Positions 24,118 to 38,971 of a stretch of 64,000 bases of DNA are shown here, piece after piece (the first letter of the stretch is position 1; the number at the start of each line of letters is the position of its first letter). The stretch spans positions 1 through 64,000 of the forward strand of contig JBEWZL010000179.1 in the NCBI GenBank assembly GCA_045837725.1. The letters run 5' to 3'. The stretch comes from Vermamoeba vermiformis. Taxonomy: Eukaryota. The notes beneath the pieces were generated by a model. That model ran no database searches, had not been told where the DNA came from, and saw only the letters and a list, made by a program, of their open reading frames with translations. Made by a program: the position numbers and the translations under genes.

Positions 24118-26386
24118 ATGTCATTTTGCATTGAATGTGGAGTCAAGCTATGGCCAGGTGCGAAGTTCTGTGCGGAATGTGGAGCTAAAGTGCCAGGCTC
24201 GCTACAGTAAGCATTTGTAACATTTTTAAAAGATTTGCTCATATGAGAATCATTCACAATTTTTACTAGTTATCAAATTACAACAAATTATGAATTAAAT
24301 AACGTTCTATTACATACATATTTTCTAGAATATACATATTTAATTAAACGAATTTAATTGACCGAATTTAAATTCGATCCAGATCAGCCGACAGTCCGAA
24401 ACAGATAAGCTTTGTTCCAATGCGTAAGTGTAATAACATGATTAAATGGGCAAAGTGACTCATTATTGACCATTAGCACCAACGGCAGTTCCAAAAAGGT
24501 AGGATCGCATTTTACCGCTGACATTTACTCAGTTCTGCAGAACTGCTGAAGAGCCTATCCATCTTCGGGCTGCATCTGGTTCAGTCCCAGGGAATAACGT
24601 CGTTATTTCACCCAGCGGAGCAACGCTAAAGAAAGCGACCTCTCAGCCAGAAGTTAACTCGCGGGTTTACTCGAACTCCTATGCAGCACCTAATAGAGCG
24701 GTAGTAGCCTCCTCTCCCAAGAAGTTTGCACCCGTGGCCTCCAACTCGCCGCCATCCGTCCCACCCCCTCCAGCGAGGGGACTTATGGCCTCAGCGGACG
24801 ACATCGTGCAATCACCAACAGTTCCTGCGAGAAACAAACTAACGCGGTCTTCTCCAGATGTAACAAGCAGAACCGTTAACACGCCTCCTCAACGATCAGC
24901 ACCCAAGTTGAATATTTTGACGCCGCCGGTTTCCCCTCCAGTTCCACGTGCCGTCAACTTTGCTGATTCACCACCAACCACGGTCCCTTCCCCTCCTCCT
25001 TTGGCCTCTCGCGTACCATTCGCACCACCGCGAACAACTTCGCCAGCACGTGTGCCTGAATATGAGTCACCAAACGCACAGGCGACATCAAAATTTCCCG
25101 CTCAAACAATGCCGATGAACATTCCGACAGTTAGCCCTCGCACAGGACCGTTGAGTCCTCCACGCGGAATGTCCCCCAAAGCACCATTTACAGAACCTCC
25201 CTTAACAATTCCACCACCACCACGAGCTGTGAACTTTGTTGATTCACCGCCCAGCCGAATTCCGCCGTCTCCAACCTCCGCAAAATTAGGTTTGAGCAGT
25301 GCTTTTGCCAGTGATAATGAAGCCGACACTTCAGTAGCAACATCGCCGAGAAAAGAGTTCGGAATGCCAGCTGTTCCGAAGACTATCTCACGTCCCACGG
25401 CAGCACCGAACGGATTATCACCCCCAATTCCAATTCCACCGAGAGGAAATACAGGACCATCTCTCTCGCCGCCTGTGTCTCCACGGAGTTACGGAATACC
25501 ACCGCCAAGCTATCAAACCGAGAGTCCTGACGACGAAGAGCCACCAACGTACATTCCCCCGCCACCTCCTGTCGGAAAGAAGCCGGTGATAGGTGCACCA
25601 AGCAAAGGATGGCTATTAGACCCCTCACGAACTGTGCAAGAATCGAGTGGACCGGTGCTGATTCCAATCAAAGGCACAAGCTCCACTGTGGCTCGACAGG
25701 GCGATGTGAAGGCAATGCCGTCTTCAGAAAACGAAGTCATTCTCACGAAAACAACTTACAAGGCCGATACGAATGTTGCGCCATTGACGGTTCAATCAGT
25801 CAATCCCGGTAGCATTGCAAAAGCTCCGCCGAAAGAGCCAGGCAAGCGGATGTCATTCAACACCGTAGTCGCAATGGCAGTTGGGCACGATGTAAGTCCG
25901 CCTAATGAGGTGACCTTGGGCTGACGTATTTCACAGGGAACGGGGTACCAAGCGAAAGTAGTTGGCCATGAAAATCGAAACGAGAACTTAGACGGCTCAA
26001 AATCTATAACTGTACGAACACTTGTCAAAGGAGTTTTAAAACTGATGTGTGTTGTTAGGTCTTTAAAATTGAAGTGCAGAAAGGAGGTCAGACGTGGCAC
26101 GTTTTCAGAAGACATGCACAATTCGCTAAACTCACACAAAAGGTACCTTTTTGATCTATCACTACGCATATTTGTATGGCTAACAGTAGTTCTTCAGTTA
26201 AAAGATAAACGACTGCTCGGGTACAACGAAATGAATTTGCCATCGAAAAAGAGCGACAATGACGCGTCGGTGCAGGTCTTGAATAACTTCTTGACGAGCA
26301 TTTTGAGCCGCGAAGAGGTAGCAACGAGCCATTATGTGAATAATTTCTTACAGCCGTTGCAACTCGGAGACACAAAACCAAAATAA
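24118..26386 (+). CDS. Zinc-ribbon + Pro-rich + PX-domain protein (paralog 2)
   Basis: FCIECG..KFCAECG. Shares PIKGTSSTVA..SSENE and MSFNT..VGHD blocks and the C-terminal FLQPLQLGD with paralog 1. Confidence 0.8.
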
Positions 26387-26660
26387 GTTGTAAAATTGTA
26401 TTGTACAAAACGGAATAAAGGGAACTACCACAAGATTTGTTGCACCGATCCACACTAAAACTCGCGATATAAAATACACCCATATTATCTTAAAGATAGT
26501 TTGTGTCTCCATGGGAGACATGCGAAGAATTTACTGCTCTGCCCGAGAAACATAGAGAGTAGAGTCAAACTGTAACAAGAAACGTCGTGGAATTTCTGTT
26601 TACGTAGCAGTGTGCGCCTTTAAACAGGTCACGAAAAACTATGAGGTACTCAACGGGGCC

Positions 26661-29600
26661 TTATTGCTCGTCCTCGCTGGGCTGTTTGTTGCGCCAATAA
26701 AGATCCTCTTCAACACTGTCTTTCACGATGAATCGCACGACTTTGACTTTTTTCGTTTGTCCTTGACGGCACGCGCGACCAATTGCTTGTTTTTCCGCTG
26801 CCTGAACTTGTTCGTACGAGCTCTCGAGCGGATCCAACAAAACCACGTGACTTGCTTCGACGAGGTTGGTGCCTGAAGCAGTGCGATCGAGTGTCAGCAG
26901 AATGACTTTCACTGCCGCGTCATTTTTGAAGTTTTTGAGCGCTCGTGTCATGGTCACAATGTTGCTGAAGTTAAGTTAGTAATGCCAAATTAGGAAATAA
27001 ACAAGAAATTCCATATTAAGCGATTTTTCCGAACTTACCCTTGCATCGATGACCAGCCAATGCCAAAACCATTCAACATCAATTTCAATCGATCCAACAC
27101 CTTGAAATTTCGTGAAAATAAAATCACTCTGGCCTCGTCATCTTTTCCCGTAGTTTCTTTGAGCCACTTCGCTAGTGCCGCAATTTTTGCGCCAAAAATA
27201 TTAATTAGTTCGTCGTGCGTGAGCAGATCCATCTTTTTGAGATGTTTTTCGCGGTCCTCAAGCAGTGTAAATTCGCGCAATGCATCGATCTCTGGACGAC
27301 TGGGAACGAGCGGCTGGATAGATAATTAATGCAATTCTTTTTGGTTCCAAAAAAGGAAAGTATGTTTAGATCCGTTTGCTTACCACTTTGAGCCACCGTT
27401 GCAGTTCAGCCATGCTGTCATCGAGCTCTCTTTTGCGTGCCTCGACTAGTCTTTGTTCAATTTCATTGTTCGGTGGCGTACGAGTGAAGCGTTCGTACAA
27501 TTTGAGCGCTTTGTCGTAGAGGTCCTGGTTCATGAATACCGTTCAGCGAAAACTAATTCAATTTCTATATTTGGCATAACGTACCTGTCTAATAGCGATA
27601 TACTTTGCAATTGTGTTATTGACGGTAAATTCGGTGCGCTGACCGAGGCACAGATCCATTTTCATGGACTGATAGCCCAAACCTAGCACCAATCAAGATT
27701 AATATGAATGATATATAGGACCACTATTCTTACTGTTGTAAATAGCACGTTCAGCTTGAGAAAATTCGGCGAAAATTGTTTCTTCCTCGCTAGGCGGCAC
27801 ACTGTGGAATAATTTCACGTCTTCTTTGGTGTTGCGCCACAAAAAAATTTTAATCAGCATTTGAGCTCGCATCCAGCTAAAAATAGACACAAGTCATTAG
27901 CATATAAGCGACAATACCAAAATTATTTATACGTACAGCTCGTAGTTGGTCAACGGATAATTTTCAGGCTGTTCAAATTCCACCGATAAAAATTTATACA
28001 ACCGAGTCATGCATTTGCTAATTTCCTAATTAGTACATTTCACTAAGGTTCTGTGGTATGTAGCACGTACTACGTCGGGAACGGGGTTGCACTGACGTAC
28101 CACGAATAATTTCGTGAGATGTACGAGACCATTTCTGCGACAAGTGTTAATTTAATTTCCATATTAGGAAGGTATACGGGTTGGTATACGACTTACTCGA
28201 GGTCAACGTATCAGTCAAGACCTCGTGACCTTCATCAATGACGACACGGTGCCAGTGAAAGTGATCGAGGATTGGTCCGACAGTTTCCAAATAAGGCAAT
28301 GTCTTCAACTTTTGCAATAATTCTTTCAAAATCACGACACGCTTCTCGAGTCCCTTGCCACCGAGCGGAACTTTTTTCTTGCCGCAGCCAGCCGTGAAAT
28401 AAGTTTTGTTTCGCATAAACGGCGCGCTAACAATCACCACATCTGCAAGATTATTTCCTAATTAGTACATGTGACTCATCGTACAGATCCAGATCTACAT
28501 ACCAGCCTCGACAATGTCCTTATAAGTCACTCGCGTCATATCAGCACTGAGCGCTATTAACACCACTTTGAAGTTATTCCGATCCGTGTGCTTTTCGAGC
28601 TCATCGACCCACTGTTGCGCGATGTGGTTTGGACATATGACTAAGCAGAGTGAGACATATGGCTAGAATTGTTGCAATATTACGCACCTAGCGTCGCCTT
28701 CGTGTTAATTAGTCCGGTTTCACTGAATTCGGGCAATTCTTTTGGCGCTGGATTAGCGAGCACCAATCCAAGGACTGAAAAAGAATTAAATTCGTGCAAT
28801 GTTTTAGCGCTATCATGCGCACGCACTCTCAATAGTTTTTCCGAGTCCCATCTCATCAGCTAATATTCCGCCCTTGCCAACCTTCAATTTGGCAATCTTG
28901 TCGTGCTGATCCAGCTCATCAGCGTGAATAATCTTATTGTTGTGCAGATCAAACACGTATTCTAAACGAGACACGCGCCATGTGTTTAAGACCGAGAATT
29001 CGTGCGCTGAAAGAAAAGTTAAAAAATGATCTTTTAGTTCTTTGTTCTTACTTGTTATCGGAGTATTTTCGATTTCTTTCATGAAACTAATCGCGTCTAG
29101 TTGATAGGAATATAATTTGAATCCTTCAGAGAAGCCTTTTGGCTGCTCGATCAGATCCGGCAACTGCAAACCACAACGTCAACAATAAAGTTTCTTAGAG
29201 CAGTGAGTATATACGTACAAATGGCTTATTTGCTTTGGTAGTTTGCACTCCTTTTTTCCACAGTGCTTCAGCCTCGTCTGCGACGTAAAAAAAAAGCAGT
29301 TTTGAACGAGGAATTGGATCGCCATTCACGAGCATTTCTTCGAGCCTAATAAATCGCGTTACTATGGTATATTATCGTAACTAAGTTGTTATAATATACC
29401 TTTTTAAGTTGATATTAACACTGACGTAGGTATTTGGATTGCTAAAGGTGATGCGCCACAAATCATCGTTCCGGAAGTTCAACAACGGATTGAGCTCCGC
29501 ATCATTGGAGAAAATCCACTCAGGGCGGCTAGGAGCAGAATATTGCGATATTGGTAGGAAATTCGTGTAATGAAAGACTTTTGAGCCGTCCGGAGTTGTT

Positions 29601-30159
29601 AACTACGAATTGGAGATCCGGTTAGGCTTCGGTAACAGTTGCAAAAAGCATCTTTTAACTCGGTGAAGTATCTTATGGTTGTTTATTATTTTTTTTGGGG
29701 GGGGAATAATATGAAGATAATTACTTGGAAGTTCATCTTACACTTAATCCGAAGTGATTGAATTCGAAAAAGTGAAGTTCATTGTAATGTAAACTCGTAG
29801 CATTTTCTTCAAGCACTAAATTATATAATCTTTAATACATGCATGCATAGTATAAGTTTAAACGTACCGACAGTTGACCGTACGCCCGCTTCGAATTTTT
29901 GTAGTTCGAGCCATGTTTTGAAATAATTCAGAGTGCATTCATACCAATATCTGCACACCTCTGATGCTCTAAAAACACTACTACGATCCATAAATAAATA
30001 TATTAAATTAATTACTTCGACTGGCAGGTGATTCAAGTCATTTTGATCTGAGGGATCGATTCGAAGTTTCTTGAATAACTTCGTAATGCGCGATGGAGAG
30101 TCGCTAGGAGCATTGGGGCCAATATTAATGTCTACTTTGACGTCAGGTGTGGCCTCCAT
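26661..30159 (-). CDS. F-box + SNF2-family (Rad5/Rad16-like) ATPase
   Basis: F-box HLPVEVINLIYLFMD..ASEVCRYW; GGILADEMGLGKT; WHRVVIDEGH; HVVLLDP..QAIGRACRQGQ. Linkage of the F-box exon to the ATPase exons is inferred from colinear exons. Confidence 0.75.
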
Positions 30160-30241
30160 GAGAAGTGAAGTTAAACTTGATAGATTTTTTGGCGCGACAT
30201 TTTTCCACCCTAGTTTGAAATTCTTAAATCAAAAAATAATC

Positions 30242-30677
30242 ATGAGCGACAACACTTCAGTAAATGATCTAAAGAAAAAGTTTGATCCTCCTCGTGGACC
30301 CGGCAAGGTAACGTAGCCAAGGAAATAATTAAAGAAGCTGAAATTGAAACCAATCTTGTTATAGGTTAAATGGGAGGACAATAAAGGGCAAGGTCAAAAA
30401 CGAGTCAATACACCTGGCGAACCCGGAGTAAGAGGAATTTCAGCTAGATACTGCGAAACAAGCAAAGATTTTTTTCTATTTATTACGATTCCGTAAATTA
30501 AAATACTTATAGGGCGCCCTAATTGTACGATTGGATACAGGAGCCCTTTAATTATTTTAAAGAGGCGAAATTTTTTCAGTTATTTTTCTCGATCTTAGGC
30601 AATTGCTAACCAAATTGCAGGGCGTTTCAAAACCGACGGGTCCTCCACCAAAGAAAAGCATCACCGACCTTCCATAA
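30242..30677 (+). CDS. 61-aa three-exon small protein
   Basis: Exons 30242-30307, 30365-30427 and 30621-30677 join through phase-0 GT-AG introns into MSDNTSVNDLKKKFDPPRGPGK-VKWEDNKGQGQKRVNTPGEPG-GVSKPTGPPPKKSITDLP. Confidence 0.7.
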
Positions 30678-30774
30678 GTAATACCGGTCTATTTATGCAA
30701 CGGCGTAATTGTAATTAGGAGTATTAAATAATTCTTTTATTGTTAGCGTATCTTACATTCAGGAACTTTCAATA

Positions 30775-33700
30775 TTAATCAGAGGTAGCAGCGCATTTGT
30801 CTTTAATGCAACCTTCAGCGCCGCAATATTGGTTGATCACTCCAGTCTCAAGGAAATCTCGCATCTGATCTTGGGATGCTGTTTCTTGTCTAGGACAGCC
30901 GTGCGTATTGAAGTCAGTATTAGCAGGCAAGTTGTTATAAGGACCATCAGGAACATTGCGATACTTCCAGATCATGAATGCACTCGAGTTACTGAATGGG
31001 GCAGTGCGATCTGGCAAGCCGAAAAGAGGCTCGTATGATGGTGCGATGGCTGAAGCTCCATATGAACGCGCCATAATCATTGCACCTAATGGCGTCACCA
31101 ACGAGTCACCGTAAGCAGCTACGAAGGAGAGGTAAGTACAAACGAGGCATAAACATGTGGTATTGAGGTGTACCTTGCAACAATGCTTGTTTGGGCTGGA
31201 AGCCTGGCTGCACGTCACGATTCAACAAGTTGAGCCAGCCAGCGGACTCGGCGGGGTCCCAGAATGATTGGATGAGACTGAGCCCAACACGAATGTCAAA
31301 CCAAGAGTAGAACTGCAAGTGCATGAATTGAGAGTAGAAAGTGAACGCGCTGGAGCGGCCGAGGAGTAGCGCAAATGGAGCACCAGGCACTTGCAAGGCC
31401 ACGCGAGTGAAGTCACGTGAGTAAGTGGCAAAACCGCCACCGACGACTGCACCCTGCGAGTTGCCGTAGAACTGACGAGGCGTGTCAGCACTCAGCAACT
31501 GCACGCCGTTGGCCTTGAGTGCGTCATTGGCACTAATTTCGTTGAGCAACATGCGGAGACCCACTGCACGTGCGGCCCAGCCCTGGTTGACAGACTCGGG
31601 CAAGATCGGGAAGTCAGTCAAATCGTTGATGAGCACCTTGAGCACGGCAAGGACGTCGAATGTAGCCATGCCGTACCAGTCTGTGGCGTAAAAGATCCAA
31701 TCGTACTTGTTGGCCATAATGTCAAATTGCTTGTCCAACAACTCGTCACGATTACCGAACAAACCGTGGCCGTACTCGATTAACATCTTGGCTGGCGTGG
31801 CTTTCTTGATCAACGAGCAAGGAATGCGGAGCAAAAAGTTGTTGTTCTTGGTGGCTGTGGCTTTCGGTTCCATTACACGTTGACCATTTTCACGCGGCAA
31901 CATTGAACCACGTGCAGTTCCGTTCAAATAAAACGGTGCTGTGAAGTGACCCCAAACATTTCTTGCCATTGTCTCGTCAGTGGTGCAGTCGAACTCGTCA
32001 ACGCGATCAATGGCGAAGGTGTAGCCTCCTTGCTCATACAGTGCGAGTGCATCGTCGCGCATGTACTGAGCACGACCGAGACTGCTGTTCATAGAGTTGG
32101 TAACAAAGTCCCAAGCCATTTGCAACTCCGAGCGAGCGAAGCCTTTGTAAGTAATCGTCAGTTTGACACTTGTTGACAGGTGTCACTAAGAGTTCATACC
32201 TTCAGCGGCCAGAGCCGGGAATACAATCGTGTTGTAGTTGCTCGACATTTGATCGTTACTGGTCGTCTTATCGATCATTGTCTTCATGCCGTCAGGTGCT
32301 GCAATGACTTCGCCCTTCGAGTTCGTCAGTCCACGAATACCCACGACGTATCTCGTGTTGAAATTTAACGAGATTGCAGGCTGCATGACAACAACAGGCC
32401 AGTTAGGATCTACTTGGTCAATTTCGAGCCAGTGTGGCACTCGTTGACCGGTCGCAGTGTCGATCAAAATTGAGGTGGCGTTGGTGAGGTTGTACAGAGC
32501 CATATCCCAGAACGGGATCATCGAGGCATTGACGACATCAGGTAAGTTGAATAACAACGGCGCTGTCGTTGAAAATCCATCGAGTTCGTTCCAATATTTA
32601 GGGTTGATTCTGTCGCCCACTTTGATTTTCGGCAACGAGTTCGCGCCAAAATTGACACGGTATCCAGTTGGGGTTGAAGTGTCCGTTACGAGATAGTACG
32701 ATGACGGATAAGGCAAGATGCATGCTGACGGATCTACAGGGTTGCAATCGCTGTAGCAGTTGAGATCTCCTGGATCGCAGTAGCCCGTGTTGGATCCGAC
32801 TTGAACGGCTGAAATAATCGACATAATGACGAAAACGACAATGACTACCATCACAATAGTGTAGGCAATGTAAGTGGCTGTGAATAACGCCCATCTTTGA
32901 GCCTTAGTCTTCGGCTTAACGACGTATTTGTTTTTGGTCTTCTTTATCCACTTCCATTTCATAATTGTGACCACGATAAGGGCTGATAGTAATGCAATTA
33001 ATTGATTGAGAATTATAAGTTAAGTCTACCATGTCATTTAAAGAAAAAATCGGATTACGAGATTTCGGTGATTTTAATTAAGTAATTATGCGGTGTCGCA
33101 GGATCCTGTTGCACGAAATTACGCACGCATCGCTTGAAGCTGCGACGGAAGTTTAATATGACGCTATTCTCACTTACCAAGCTCAATAGCCATTGAGAAA
33201 GCGCAGAAAATGAAGTAAAACAGTAAAGCGCTCCACAACCAAGTCCAATCTTCATTTACGACGCCCGTAGGCTCGAATAGGTAGTCTTTTAATATAGGCA
33301 GCACGATGATAAATACGATGAAATTGCAAATGATGTCTATCCCAAGCCAAACAATGTATGCAATTTCTAATCCAGCGTGTCTCTTTCGGGAAAAGACAAA
33401 TCCTGTATTTAACATTAATAAGCTTCGGAAAATATTTCTATTAATTTTGTAACATTACCGATTCCCAAGAACAAGTAATCCAGAAAAAGCTCGAACACGA
33501 AGGGCATTACGATGAAGAATTTCCCAAGCCACGTGTACAATGCAAACGTCGCAAATATACGTAGTGAAACTACGCCGAAAGCGATGTTCAAATAAGTTTG
33601 GATGAGTGTCACGATCTGATCAATGACATGTCGTTAGAATTACATTTCATTATACAAGCTTGAACGCGTAGGGAACTATATATTTTATAAATAACGATTT

Positions 33701-33833
33701 TTTAATGTCGATAAAACCGTTTTCCGTTTTTTACCTTGATCTTTTTATCGAGCGGGCCAGATCCGGAGCTTTTCCCGTTCTGCTTCCCATTTCTGGTCTC
33801 CAGCTCTGTCGAATTCTTATCCTTGTTGCTCAT
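30775..33833 (-). CDS. Multi-TM protein with a bacterial-type lipase-like alpha/beta hydrolase ectodomain
   Basis: Hydrophobic N-terminal exons; LPYPSSYY..TPTGYRVNF..NELDGFST; HGLFG; nucleophile elbow GNSQG; candidate Asp (GDSLV) and His (NTHG). Confidence 0.75.
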
Positions 33834-33966
33834 ATCGACATGTATAAATATATAAATTAAAAAAAAGCTAGGTTCCGTTATCTCCGAGATAGATACGTGA
33901 CATAAATTTCCCATTCTTGTGAGCAAGTTAATGTTGAAACAGCCTTGAATCAAGACTACTGTAATA

Positions 33967-35505
<1,539 letters not shown>

Positions 35506-35587
35506 AATAACCAAGTACGCCATTCCAACGCGAAGCAGTCAAACTTTTTAACGAGTCCGTTCGATCGTCGACAATATTTTTCAATCA

Positions 35588-35660
35588 GCCGTGATAGCTC
35601 AACTGGTAGAGCGGCAGACTGAACATCTGTAGGTTTTCGGTTCAACTCCGAATTGCGGCA
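35588..35660 (+). tRNA. trnF-GAA: tRNA-Phe(GAA)
   Basis: 73-nt cloverleaf with anticodon loop CTGAACA, T-loop GTTCAAC and a downstream T-run. Position 37 is an atypical C. Confidence 0.85.
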
Positions 35661-35906
35661 ATCCTATTCTTTTTTTTGTCAGCTTCTCGTTAAATTCACA
35701 GAATGACCTAATTTCTCCATCGCTCCATTGCGTTTTTGCAATTAAAATCCATTCAATGTACACACGGTTAATTAGTATCGGGTATTTTGTGCTTATGGAT
35801 AATTTAAGTCGAGGTAGTCGACCGAGATTTCAAAATGTTAATTCTGAATCTAGAAACTTCTACAGTTCGTTATTTGTTCCATAAAGAATGACCACAGTAG
35901 CCTTAA

Positions 35907-38900
35907 ATGGACTTAAATATTGAATTTTATGTCGAGAGAGCGACGCAGCACAATGAGGAGGTTTTCATAAGTGGATCTATTTCAGAATTGGGAGATTGGG
36001 ATCTAAGACGAGCATTTCTTTGCCACAGAGTGAATATTTTCGAGAATTATTGGTCTTGTAGACTCACTTTTGCAAATGTCAAGCTTGGAGATACCATAGG
36101 TACGATTTACTAATAATATTGCAAATTTTAAACCGAATCCGGTGGTTAAAAGATATTTTAGAAATTTATCCGCAATTTTTGGTTATATTAGAATAAAATA
36201 ATAGATTGATTCACTCCTAATTCCTTTTAAATGCGGATCTGCAAGGTCTTAAAGTACATTTTGACAGTTCAATAAATAGCAAAGAGTAAAATTCAGTGCA
36301 AAATCTGCATTATTTAACTTATAACTCTTTTTTACATCTTGGAAATATCTTTTTAATTCAACTCGAGGTGAAGTTTAAGCAAGAATTTTACTGTGATCTA
36401 TTTTGTTCCCACTTAAATCCATTATTTCCTATTTTTCATTATTACACTTCTTAAATACATTTATTATATGATTTTGATCGTCAATTAGCCCAATTCTTAT
36501 TTTTAGATTTTTCAATGAACTTGCGATCTGACACTTTTTACTCTTAGATTTCGAATACAAGTACGTCTCGCAATATAATGGCCGTACTTCAAGTGAATGG
36601 GAGACTTGTGACAATAGGAGACTAGTATTGCTCATTGACGACTTGGATGTGCCTAATCACGTCATAATCAAGGACTGCTGGAATTACGTAAGTTAAATTC
36701 TAGGCAAAAAATATTTTCTAATTTCTATTTATAGACAAATAGTCCTTATCCGTTGCTCAAATTGCCTAACAAGCCTCACGGACTAAGACCAGATCAATCG
36801 GGTATTTTTGTTCGATTCAACGTCAACGTTGATAAGGATTATATTGGTAAGTCTTTATTTAATTATTATTAGCGAGCATTAGACATAATTCTTTCAGTTC
36901 TTTAAACAATCTAAGTACTTTTCTTTGACACGTGTCACACTTGGCAAATTAATTTACACTTTCAATTAAAATAGTGGGGCAGTAAAATTTGAGCAATTTA
37001 ATCGTAGTGTCACTTATGACTATTTTTAGATGTTCATAGTCACAGTGTGATTGTGATGCACAGTTTGAATGACTGGAAGTGGACCGAATCCAAGCAAGAA
37101 ATGAGTCCGTTAGTGAAGCCCAATCAAAGTCAATACACCACCGAACTCGCGTGGGACGAACTCGATTTTGAAGAGCGAACTATCGAGTACAAATACGTCC
37201 TCAAGAGCACATACAACTCGGGTCTGTTGTGGGAGTTTGGTGTCAATCGAACACTGACTAAGACACTGCTGTTCGGATACAGCTCCGATGACCGTTGTTT
37301 GCTCATCATCAACGACGGAAATTTCAGAGTAAGTCCGGATCTACCAACATAAAAATTAGTTAATGTTACTTGCTTATATGATAATAATACGTAAACAATG
37401 CGTTTTCAATTTTGTAATTTAATAATATTAATTATTACGAAAATAATTACGAAACTTTCTGTTTTTTACAGTGATTTTTCACCGTGTTGAATACAACCAG
37501 TCTAATTATACTAATCGTTACATATATAGGTAGGCAATGAAGTATCGCCGAGTTGGCTGCACACAGGTTATTTAGGCCTCGCCAATACTTCGGTGTTCTG
37601 CGCCATTAACTCCGTGTTGCAGACACTCTATCACATTCCCTATTTTAGAAGGGTCAGTACACCACTTTGTATCTCGATGGCGAGATTAACAGTAAAATTT
37701 TCAGAGACTTCTCGACGCGTGTGCTAAGAGGCCCGACGAACTCAAGCTAGCGAATCAATTGGCTGATATTTTTGAGGCCTTGACGCTGTCTGAAATTTCA
37801 CCCAACAGCAAGTCTCTCGGCTCATTACTAAATTTGGAAGACGTGCATGAAGTCTTGCACCATATTTTATCAAAATTACAAACCGAATTCCTCGTAAGTC
37901 AATCTTCTAGCAACATAATTGATAGTGAGAGCCTCAATTTGACACGTGTCAAACTGTCTTATCGAAAGAAATCGTCTATTGACACGAGTCACTTTAGGAC
38001 CAAAAATTGACGTCTCTGTTTCACGGCGCACTTCAACACCGCTTGAAATGTCTCGCAGTCGACTACACCTCGTCGAGAATGGAGCCGTTCTATTCGTTGA
38101 GCTTGCCCATCAAAGGCTACAAGACCATTGAGGACGCGGTGAAGCACGTGACTGAAGATCTCGAAGTGAATGATTTCAACGCCGTCAACGGCACTTTTCT
38201 GCAAGGATTTGGTTCCCAGAAAGCTATTCAGACCACTGTCTTTGCACAACTTCCGCCGCTGCTATTTTTGCATTTGAAACGGTATACTTTTGACACCAAT
38301 CTCCAGCGCGAGATCAAGGTACGTACCTCCACTAGCTTCGTTCTGAAATCTCATTGAAATTTCTTTAGCTGCGCGATCGGGTCGTGTATTCCGAGACATT
38401 AGACCTCAGTGAATATATTCCGAGCTATTCACGAAAAAACAACAAAATCAGCTCGCCGCGCGTCTCACAAATCAAATCGTCGTTCATGAACGGCCATTCT
38501 AACGGTCACTCGAACGGATTTTCTTCGCTGAACTCGAGCGGCAGTTCTCGGCGGTCCAGCGGAACATTGAGCGACGAAGAAGAAGAGCCGCCAAGTGGTC
38601 TGTACGAATTATTTGCCGTGTTTGTGCATCAAGGCGATCCTTCGAGCAACGACGGACATTTCTTTGTCTATTTAAAGCTAGATAACGCGTGGTAAGCACT
38701 GGAAAAAATTTCCTTCGTCCAAAAATTCTGATCCGGATCTGTCTTTCAGGTACAAATTTGACGATGAAAATGTAACGAAGGCCTCGCATCGGGAAGTGTT
38801 TGAAAATAATTTTGGGACTAATTCTACGTCCATGATTGATATTGAACGAGAGCCGATTACTCACGCTTGTAAGTAGCAGATCTGCACCCATCATTGCTAT

Positions 38901-38971
38901 TGTTCTAACTTCTTCACGTAGATATGCTCGGATACGTCAAGGCGAGTGAAAGTGGTTGGTTAATGCATTAA
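35907..38971 (+). CDS. USP (C19) deubiquitinase with two N-terminal CBM20-like domains
   Basis: EEVFISGSISELGDWD..EYKYV..WETCDNR, plus a second LNDW..IEYKYVLK..WEFGVNR. Cys box GLANTSVFCAINSVLQ; LPPLLFLHLKRY; His box HQG..GHFFVY..WYKFDD. Confidence 0.8.
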
